A DNA stretch of 64,000 bases from the NCBI GenBank assembly GCA_030141605.1, contig JAQGDQ010000031.1, positions 372,001-436,000 on the forward strand, read 5' to 3'. A program made the position numbers and the translations under genes. This DNA is from Tubiluchus corallicola. Its lineage: Eukaryota > Animalia > Priapulida. Below the pieces are notes generated by a model that saw nothing but the letters and a program-made list of their open reading frames with translations, had not been told where the DNA came from and did no database searches. Positions 12,001 to 23,200 of this stretch are shown here, in pieces; the first letter of the stretch is position 1; each line of letters opens with the position of its first letter.

Positions 12001-14167
12001 TTAGCACGAATCTATCCTAATGAACATTCTGGTTGAATAACGCAGCATGACGGTAACAGTTTAACACCTGCGTGAATGGAGCCAGCCTGTTTCAAGTCGA
12101 CTTGCCACGATCAATTATTTTGCACAATAGTGAATAATAAGGCTTGCATAGGAATATGTATTCAGGTAAAAGCCATAAAAGATAATCTTCTGCTGTAAAA
12201 GTGTTTAACTGATCAAGAACGTTCTACTGTTATTATTTAGGATAAACATGTGCTTGAGAAAGCTCATAATGATTTTGGCACACCAGGCACTGTGAATTCA
12301 TCGAATCTCAGGACAATACTGTATCCAAAAGTACTTGAAGGAAAAGGTATACGGGTATTTTGCCAGATCTTTGACAATTCTAATTGTACAGTGCTATACA
12401 CCCACTTACTACCAAAGCTGAGCTTTCTGAAGACTACAAATCACTCATAATTGGAAAGCTAAACATTTAAAAGTGCTTATGTATAGTAAGAACATTAACC
12501 TACTAAGAACTTCTTGTATAACAACTGTTGCAAAATTTCCGTTTGTAGTACACTGAGTATTGTATTTACGAGTTTTTGTTGGTGTCCATGTTCAATATTA
12601 TTTCAATGTTCAGCTGATCTGATTCTAGATCAACAACAGACTGAAGCACTTATGGACACTATTGAAACTTGTAAAGACAATACTCAACAACCTACAAGCT
12701 GAAAATGTACCCTGTCAATAACTGCTGAGCAGTTTATCAATAACCTTTACGAAAACAAATTATTTCAGGCGCTCATCTCAAAAATCAAATGCGGTGTAGT
12801 GAGCACACTGATTGGGGAACAATCACATTGCTCTTCCAGGATAATTCCGGTGGTTTACAGGTGAAAATATATGATATATACTTGCATCTGTACAATTCCT
12901 ATTTGCCTGCAGGCTTGACCCAGGCCTACTCTGCTATGGTGAACTAGTAACTTAGTGGCAGAGAATGGTAGTTTTAATCCTAAGCTCTGAGGATCAAGTC
13001 CCAACTGGTTCACAAATGTACAGCTTCTCCTTTCTTCATTTCACCAAGCACTAGGTTGATAATTATTGAGAAACAAACAGCAATGGTTTAATAACTTCTG
13101 GTCCTAGCACATTCATCTTCTAATTAATAATTCTACTTGTGTAAAGAGGCAACACAAATGAGACAAAATCGCTACAAATGAATTGCTTTTCTACAAGCGT
13201 TTGTCATAAAATGAAACAGCTAATAAGCAACACAGCCCTACATACATGAAAATGTGCAACTATAAATATGTTAAATATGTATGCATTTTTCATCTAGTCA
13301 CACCTTTTCGGGGTTTGGTAAAAGCTGGAATATTTTTTCATGTAGCCAAATACATGTGCTAAGAGTTCAAAAACACAGGTTAGTTAGTAGTGCCCGAAAT
13401 TTTTGTTAAAAGCAACTTGTGTTCTTCTACTTTCATGAATCAAGTTTCTGTGTTTATATAGAGAAGCTCGTCCTTATGAATGCCTTATTCCTTTTTAAGA
13501 AAAATGTCTTCTGAATTAAATATCCTTTTAGTCAGTACAACTATAATTATCATTCTGGAAACCTGTCTCATTGTCCATTATCTGAGCTTACAGACAAAAC
13601 AATGCCAAATCCAATCAACCCCGCTTTAAGGCTCGGGTTCACGGCTGATAGACGCATGAGGAGCATGTGACCGCCTGGGTTTGATACATGGTAAGTTTGG
13701 GCAGTTTCATTCGGTGTACAAAGTCTGCCAGTACAAACTGTGCTACATAAGACAAGAATCTTTAGACGGTTGATCTTGACAATGAACCAGGTCATCAGTT
13801 GCACCACAGACATTATTCGTATCGAGTAACTCCTGTCTGTGAATGTTGGATTCCAGCTTACTGTATGCCAAAGTGTATAAAAAGTAGCCACTATGTGTAA
13901 CAAGACCAAACACTACTATATGTAGATGAAGTTACTCTATTACTGCATGTATTACAGATAATGCACAGAGATGGCTACTACATCAATGCAACACCGATAG
14001 AGGGAGCAGTAATAGTTAATGTTGGTGATCTCCTGCAGCATTGGACAGCTGACAAACTAGTGTCAGCAGTATGTGTGAGCTTTTTTTTGCTAAGTTTATG
14101 AAAGTGAACAATTTTACCGAAGTCTTAGATTAAAAAAAGTTTTGAAAGATAACTGTTAAGGGCTTTC

Positions 14168-14241
<74 letters not shown>

Positions 14242-17200
14242 CCTCTCTCCCCTCCCTCCCTCCCTCCCTCCCTCCCTCCCTCCCTCCCTCCCTCCTCCCT
14301 CCCTCTCTCCCTCCCTCATGCAAAACAACTGCCTCCATAACCAGCCATCTTGGCGGAGCCACCTGTAAATGGGTGACACACAATTTTTAGATCGTCTCTG
14401 TTTCGCGTACGTGCTATTTTAGTGTACGTGCTATTTTAATTTGCGAATTTTTGCTTCACAAGCTTAATGATGATTATGCTTATTATGATTTACTATGTGA
14501 TGTCATTTCTCCAAGTTTTTATCTTGTAAGCAATGGCCATTATGTGTCTTTTGAATCTTTTCTGTTCTTACTGCATTCACACCTTGTATTCTGTTTTACT
14601 ACTATGGTGTGGCTTTTTAATAAAAATCATTATTTATTTGTTTGTTTTATTTGTTTATAATTTATCTCTTCCTTGTAAAATTTCTACTTTCACAAATATT
14701 TTGTTATTGTTTTTCAGAAACATCGAGTATTAATGCCAGATGAAAGTAACTGTCATAAAAATCGTCAGTCAATCGCATACTTTGTCAATCCAGACGATGA
14801 TGTAATAGTGACGCCACTTGATGGCAGTAACAAATATCCACCGATCACTACCAAGGATTATCTAACAATGAAAGGTTCAGGAATATTCTACTAAATACTC
14901 AGTTCACCGACGTATCTTTTCAAACTGAACGATAATGCTTCTTGCCATAACTCATTTCTGCTGCAGATGGAGCGCTCATTACGCTGCACTAGTGAGTACA
15001 AAGAGGGCCACAGATTTTTTTGTTTTTCAAAGAATCGCCAATTCTGTTTCACAGTTCTTGGAAGGTGGGAGGCCCTATAACTAATAGTTATCATGAAATT
15101 ATGAAATATGTGATAGATTGAAAATAAAAAAATTTTTGTATGAATTAAGCATGTAGTTTTTCGGGCATTTTTCGGCTTTACATAACATAAGAACACTAAT
15201 AGTTAATTTGCAATTTTAAACATGCAAGCACACAAAAGTTACGGAAATATATCCCGTCATCTTTATATAAATCACTGGGAAATTGTGTCTGGTTCTTCCC
15301 CTGCTGTCACTTGCAGAACTGGTGCATTTCACTTTCTGTCGCCGAACACCACCTTCATTGTCCATTTTAAAAGTTGAACTAAATAAACTTCTTAAATTCC
15401 GATCAAAAAAGAAATGAGATTTAAAGAAATTTCAAAAATAAAATAAACAAAAAATGTCAAATACATCATCATCATCATTTTATTCTTAGGTGCTTCCATT
15501 ATGTAACACAGCAGCTAAATACATGGTCAGCTGTCCTCTTCTTGGTTTCTTCCCAGGTATTAGTGCTTGATGTAATGCTGTGAGAATTGGAGACTCCTAT
15601 GGCAATCTGTTGACATGTCCAATTTTCCTAAGCCGACGTTTCTGTATGACTTCACTCCATTCTTTCTTCTTTGTTAAATCATATAGACCCTGATTTGAAA
15701 TTTTCTTTCGCTATTTTAAACCCAGCATCTTTCTATACAGACGTCTTTGCACGGACATTAATTTCAATCTTCTGGACAATTTTAACTGTCCAAAGTTCAG
15801 AATTATACAAGAATACGAGTTCTACAAGTGATGTGCAAGAATATGTAGTTTACTTTCTATGGTGAGATTTGGATTTTCAGAAATGTTTGTGAGCTTAGAA
15901 TACGCAGCCAAGGAAAATATTTTTCTGGGTGGTATGTCAGCTTCAGTGCTTAGTAAACTACCAAGGGACTTGCAAGCCATCCCAGATGTATTTGAAAGAC
16001 GTGGCCACATGCTGTTTGAGTGAACATAGGACACACTTTTTCACACATGTTGCTATTGGTTACAAACTGACGCTAAAGAATTTCCCACATTTCTTGTGGC
16101 AAATGCAAAAACAAATGAAGTGAAAAGACATAGAATGGGTGCGCTTCGTGAAAATAAATCTTGTGAGAGAATTTCTAGCAAGATTGAGAAAAGCAAAAAA
16201 ACTGCTTAATTGTGCGGAAAAGTAACAAGTAAAAGAAATTTCATCTCTAGTATGCATTAAATGTACAGAAAAGACAGAAATCAGGCCAATCGAATTTTTC
16301 TTAGTTATTTCCATTTCAGTTGACCATTTCTGCGAAATCCACCTGGTTTCCATGGTCGTGGAAAATAGGAGGCTTTATGCAAATAAGTGGAAATCATCTA
16401 GAAAAAATATTAGTAACAACCACTCACCCTTAAGCAGAGCACTGAGTATAGCCAGGTCGATATCATGACCTTGATCAAGGTTAAATACAGTAACGAGATT
16501 CTCGTGCTTGCAGCAGTCTATGATGATTTCCAGGTATTGTTTCGCCTTCGCTTTACACTCAGCCTGGCGCCAGTAGGTGCGATACGCATCGTTTAATTTC
16601 TCCCCCACAATGTTTTTATGCTTGTCCGATAAAATTCTCTCACCTCTGTTGGAAAATATGAAACTAAATTAGATTTTGTGAAACGAACCAATCAAAATTC
16701 TCTGCTAAAAATGTTTCTGTACAGATAATAAATAAAAATTCTGATTAGTCATGACATGCAAGAATTTTGCACAATCATTCCAAAGATATCATAGGAGCTT
16801 CAAAATGTATAATTTTACTTGAATGTGATAATATGTGTAACAGCATATGACAGGATATCTGCAGCTCGACCCGTTCCTTGGCATAACAACACTGGTGTGC
16901 CCTGATGTAGAGTATGCTGCACGTCATCTATACACCCGGAACCCCCTTCCAGAACAACATGTACGACTGGAATTCCAAGTCCAGCATCTGAATAAAATAC
17001 AGACAAGGATGTTAAAATAACAGTTACGAAATGCTGATTAAGCAAAAGCGGTATGAAGGTTTTTAAGGCTAATGCAAATCTCTCCAAATGCTAATGCAAT
17101 GTAAGTCAGCAAACCTTTCTAAATGTATCTAAAATTGCAACACTAATAAAAAGCATGGTGTTCTTGGAACACAGCTATGTAAAACATCCTTGACTTGCTT

Positions 17201-20200
17201 GAACAACACGTTATATTTTCTAACTTTTTTCATATTTGCAAAAATTAAACACGGTGCCATGAGAATTTTAGGTAATGTTGTTACAAATTCTAATCATGAT
17301 TTACCGCATGTTACAATTAGATATACATAATTTTGTAAATAAATTTATCAAACAAAAACTAATTTGCATTTTGCACACATAATTTACAAAAACCCTATTA
17401 ACAAAACAAACAAACAACAAACAAGGAACCGTACCTTTCTTACTCATTCCTTTACTGAAAGGTGGCTGGGATATTTTCCGTTCAAGACAAGCGCGGAAGT
17501 TGGCGACTCCACCATATTTGTTACGATAGCCATTGTCAACCAAAAGAAAATGTGTGTGATGCATGTTGAGCGAAACCAGTTTACCCCGACTGCTGGGCAT
17601 AGATTTATATTTTGCATTGAAACAACCCTGTAAAAAACACATAGAAAATATTTGTCTTTTACACTAAATTTTATCACTTTACATTTAAAAATCTAACCAA
17701 TAAGTTAACCAACATTTGAAGTAAGAAGCTGCTTACAGGGATAGAACATGGGTTCCCAACCTTGCGGTCGCGAAGCACTTTTCGTGGGGCCACGGGTTAG
17801 TCCAAAAACTATTTTTAAAAAAATGTTGTTTTCGTGAAAAGTATGTAAGTCTTGTTTCGTCAGTCTCTCATTACATTATTTTGTTCTGGAAAGTGAAACA
17901 GGGAATTCTCGCTCTAAATGCGGTATACCAGTGCTTGATTTTCCGGGAAAATGAAAATGAGCCTTGTTCTGTACAGTGTACACTGTCCGAAAGCGTGTCG
18001 CTATTCACTTTTCATCGGATATCCTTGGACATCTATCACATTGCAAAACTGCTTGCTGAGAAACAGGCGTAACCAACACATTAACGAATTAATGAAACAA
18101 ACACTCATTATCAATAATTCGTAGAAAAGTAAGTTAAAATTAATAAATGCAAAGGATAATGATGTTTAATAGTATAACATGTGATTACTTTGATGCAGAG
18201 TTCGGGAAAGGAGTCACAATCAACAAAAGATTGGAAACCACTGGGATATAGTATATTCTGATTCTGAAACATCAGACAATAGATGACAGCCCTCTATATA
18301 ATTTACTTAACTAAAGGATTTGAACAACTCCCATGTTTAAAATGGCTCATGCAGGATCGGTTGTAGCACTTTTACAAAAAACAGGCTCATCACAAGGATC
18401 AAAACTTGTACGATACCTTAAAAAGTTGTAATAATTCTAAAACCAATAACTAAAAATCGAAAAGTAAAAGCTCTTAAAAAAATTCCAAAACAGTCGCATA
18501 GCAGTAGTTGCTTTCAAGGGTATATGTCAAAAAAATAAGATATACATTGACATATACTTTTTTCCTTGCTACATTGTTTTTAAAATTTGCAAAAACACAA
18601 GTTGTTATTTTATCAATTTCCTATCAATATTATTCACATGCTAGTTTACTGAACTTATACAGAATCAAACTCTTAATTACCTTGGTGTGGGTCTAAAAAA
18701 GGGTGACTTTTTTAGCCATCATAAAACTTAGCACAACAGCCTCAGCATTTTGAAGTTGATAATCATTTAACGGATAACTTACTTGACCAGAATGATCTAT
18801 GAGCCTCTCGTTTCCCTGTAAATATCCCCATGGTGCAATACCAATACATCGGATCGCATGCGTCACACGTTTATTGTCGATAACAAATGACTGCCCTTCT
18901 ACCAGAGCATCTCCGACGGCTTTCATCACGCCGACATTAGTACCTCCGGTGATGATCCACGCTCTTGTGGTTTCAGCCGCCTAAATATTTGAAAGCTAAT
19001 TTATGACAGATAACAAATAAAACAACTAATGACGTCAACAATATAGTAAGAGACATAGTAAATCTAGTAAGCAGGTTTAGAAAATGTAATAAAATGTTAT
19101 TTGTAGAAGTTGCTTTAGCAACGCGCAATAAACCGAAATTAACTATGTAATCTAAATTTGTTCATTTGTTCTACTAGTTACTGTCTTGTGTTATACTAAT
19201 CTATGATGTGAGGCATGGAAGATCACATCAATGTAATAAAATCATTCTATACCATGCCAAAATAAGTTTTAACCCTTTCACCACACAAGATGGCTACTCT
19301 TCGTGATAAGCAAGACAGTCTCTAACATTAAACAAAATCAGTGGAAACGTTCTACAATCGTGCTTTGGGAGGTTTCTGTATTAAGGTTAAATGTGTAGCT
19401 TTAAGCACATTTAGTTTAAACAGTACAGCCACGAAAATCACTTCAGCAGCACAATATTACTTGTATATACAGGCAAAGCAGACATACTGCATTTTGTCAG
19501 TAGTTTTTCCAAACTAATTGAAGGTTTGTTTTATTTAGCATGAGCACTCACTGACTAACTTCATGTCCCTAGTCCTTTCATAGTACTGATAGCATAATTG
19601 TGAAGCACTGTGAGTACCACAATATCAAACAGAAAACATATGTCAAACTAAGTTTTGCAAAAGTATCACCTTTATTAAACCTCGATTAAAAACTTCACGA
19701 TATTTTGAGGAGAGCTTAAAATTTTTAGCACCTCCGTTGACTGAGATAAGGAGATTTGGAGGATAAGGATCAAGCATCTGCCAGTAGTCTGTCATCAGCT
19801 TCAGCACCAAGTTCATATCTGTGTCATCTGTCAACCGTACATACTAACAAAAGAAAAATGTCTGTATGATTAAGGAAAGAACGTAATAATTAACAGTAAG
19901 AAGTGACAAGATGTCAAAAAAACAAAAAACTGGCTACAAAAAAGGATGTTTTTTATACAAATTACTCCAATCCAGAGGCGTAGCAAAGGGGGCGACAAGG
20001 GGCTATCGTCCCCGGACACAAAGGTGAGAGATTGCAAAATTCTTCTAGAGTTTAATGACTGTTAATTATTAATTTCTAATACGACTTTAGCAATTAACAA
20101 AAGTTTTCAATTTGTAACAAAATTGCCTAGTCAGGAATCATCATAGCTGATTTAATTACCACATACAGCTTTGAAAAAACTAATATTGTTACTTAACGAC

Positions 20201-23200
20201 GTACGTAGTGTGCCAGATCGATAATTTCGGGAGAAACAGTTGTGTAATAAATGCTCTAAATGCTGGTTGTATTTTTGTGAAAACCTGTAGTGTTCTGTAT
20301 CTTTCATAAACTTTGCACGTTTTAGTGCTGGAGCTGAATGTTTAAGAGCTGCTATGTTACATGCAACTAATGCATAGAAAAGAGTTACTCTGGTGCAGTA
20401 CCACAAATCAAACTCAGGCTAAGTCTTAGAAAAATTCATTTATCTTCATCGCATCATGCCGAAAAAGGAAAGTCGAGTTTTGGGATGCAAAAAACAATGC
20501 ATAATTTGTGATTTCCAAGTAACAAATGATCAAAACACTAAAGGGTGACAGAAGTTTTTTGGCCCCGGGTGCCACAGCACTTCCTACGCCACTGCGCTAA
20601 TCGAGGCCAATAGCCAGTCGCGGTAACGGGCTACAGTAAAAAACGGAAATACATTAAACAAAGGAAAAGTAAGAAAAACTATCTAGAATGTTTGTGAGCT
20701 ATCAATTATGCTCAAAATGCTTTTGCACGGTTTGGCCAGAGTAAAAAATAAATGAACGTAAAAATCCCAAAAAAGCAAAATACCTTTGCAGGCTTCCTCA
20801 TACCGGCAGCTGCATTTATGAAGTCTATACGTCCAAAAGCATTGGTGGCCATGTCCTTAAAGCAACTTGTAGGATTCCACTCGTCATCATAAAAAACATC
20901 ACCTACATCTCCTAAAAATGACCCAATTAATTAGTTACTTAATTTTTAAGTTATCAAATATGCGTAAGACTTTTGCTGCTTTGATTTTGCTGCTCTGATA
21001 TTTTTGTTAACTGTCTGCAATTGTCCACATCCAACGTGAGACATGGGCATAAATGTTTATAAAAATTAACTTCAGAGTACATTAAAAACTTGAAATCATG
21101 TCATAAGTACAAAGTTCCTCTGTCATGGCATAACCATTTAAAGAAACTTCCATGTGACAAGCTAATTAATCTCAGATACACTGTCCAGCACAAAGAGCTG
21201 ATAAAGTTGATCCACATGTCTTAATAATGGATGAATCGTTTTTTTTTTGTAAAGAAGTTGCAAATCAGCAAAAATAGAATTATCACGAGCCATATGTAAA
21301 CGAGAATATTACTAAGCTTAGAAAAAAACAGAAGTACTAAAAAAGGTCTTTTTTTAGGTTAAGCAAAGCTTGTAGATTAAATATCTAGCAAAAACATTGC
21401 TAAGCTCTGTTTCAAAACATGCCCGAGGTGTGTTTCATGCCCCAAAAAACAATCAAAATATAAGTGGGACATAATGACATTACTATACTAAGAAATTAAA
21501 ACAAACAATTAATACACTACACAAAACTACGTCAAAAATGAACATATTATACAAGTACTTTTCTACATGCCAAACACGAGAAAAATACATGACACTAATA
21601 CCTACCAAGACTTGGATCTACGAAAAAGTTTTCTTTATGCACAACATCATCTTCTATTGGTAACATCAATTTACTAGGTGAGCTTCTACTTCCAAAATCT
21701 TGTGTCACTGTCTCTACGGTCAAAGTGGGTACATCCACGGGTGTCAAACCAGTGACTACTCCATTTACAGGTGTTACTCTGCAGTCGTCTAGCAGAAACT
21801 GATTAACCCCGTAACTGTTAGAAATGAGAGTATTACTACTATTCTTCCTTTTCAGTGGTTCATGGATAAAATTTAAGCCTTGTGTCCACTTATGATGAGG
21901 TGATTCGGGTTTGCTCTGAAAGCCAGCATCAACAGCTGGGCTGCCAGGTCTTCCACTAACAAAATCTTTTAAGCTAGGCAACGGTGAGATGACTCGTGCC
22001 ATGTTTGGGTAGTGTTTGCTTCTAGTTTGCCCACAGAAACACCTAGAAGTAAAATTAAGCAGTCAAGTACCTTATGTGTGTGTACATGATGTATATTACT
22101 TGCAGATAAACCAAGGTCATCAAAAACTCCACAAAGACTGTTAGTACAAAGTCACATCTTACAGCTCATTTTGTACTAGCCTGAACAAGGCAAGATTATC
22201 CCAGGCAGAGACCTCTGCACTGACACGTATGAAACAGAGTCATATTTAAGGTGTGTTAGTGCCCTATGCTCACAAAGTATTTGGTGCCCCGGCTTTATCT
22301 TTTGCCCTATGTCTCAGCATGCACGTTTCCCAGCTGAAAGCATACATATTATGTAATACAAATTATGCAACATTAATGTATACAACAAACTTCATTGCAA
22401 TATATAAGATTTATGCCACTTAAATTCTTTTATTAATTTCAAGATGAAATTTTCATTAAATAAATCAGCTGCAAGAAAACGTAAGACGCCTAGCAACAAC
22501 AATAAAATTAATCCTTTTCGTGTAGTCCTCTACCTAACATTTTAAACTGTGTAAAACCTTTATAGTCCTTAATATACTTTATTATATTTTCAATGTATTT
22601 CTCTTTTTACCAACTTGGTGCCCCCTGAGCCTTGATGCACCTAAGCACATACTTCTAGTCTGCTTATGCATTAATCCAATCATTGTGCGGAATGTCAGTT
22701 ATAGTTTTTAAGAAGCCTCGCGTTTTCTATAAACGGCTCAAGGCGAGGAGTACACAGGGTTGTTTCTCCTCTTGTAAACATGGATGTACATCAATCAGTT
22801 AATATGTTAACCCACTTAGTTTCGATAAATAAAAAAAACTGGTTACTAGTCTAACTTACCATGGCTCTTTGTTTTTGTTAGGCTTTGTGTTGTCTTTGTT
22901 TGCAACAAAGTGTATGCATTCTCTTCTCCGAAAATGCCTTGTGACAAATTTAGCCAAATCATCTCGCTCCGGTGCTGCCTAAACGACAGGTAAAATAAAC
23001 ATAAAAAGTATTTTCTCAGACTTTTACATGCAAAATTTACAGTCATAAGAAGTATAAGAACATGGCTTTGAAAACAGCTTCAGTTTTGTTTTTATGCATT
23101 TATAATTGCAGTTTCATTCAGTATAATCTCAATACACTTGATTGCAATCTTAATGTTCACATAACATTTTGTCTTCGATAACATTTATTTGTATTGTCTT

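Noticed and set aside
12940-13015. Functional tRNA gene (also a similar minus-strand A/B-box pair near 57600-57665)
   Set aside because: A and B boxes are degenerate and the stems do not form a cloverleaf; at best SINE heads.
14125-14383. RE/GGRE-rich ORFs
   Set aside because: Translation of the (CT)n/(CCCT)n microsatellite.
8306-14894. Recent horizontal transfer or contamination as the origin of the IPNS-like oxygenase
   Set aside because: Seven canonical spliceosomal introns containing host-type repeats and host-like base composition; the family is known in animals. An ancient origin cannot be judged without a phylogeny.
21595-22002. Stand-alone 135-aa gene or TRPM start at ATG 22002
   Set aside because: It is part of internal exon 21606-22042, which is joined in phase to upstream exons carrying the conserved REC and CxCG motifs.
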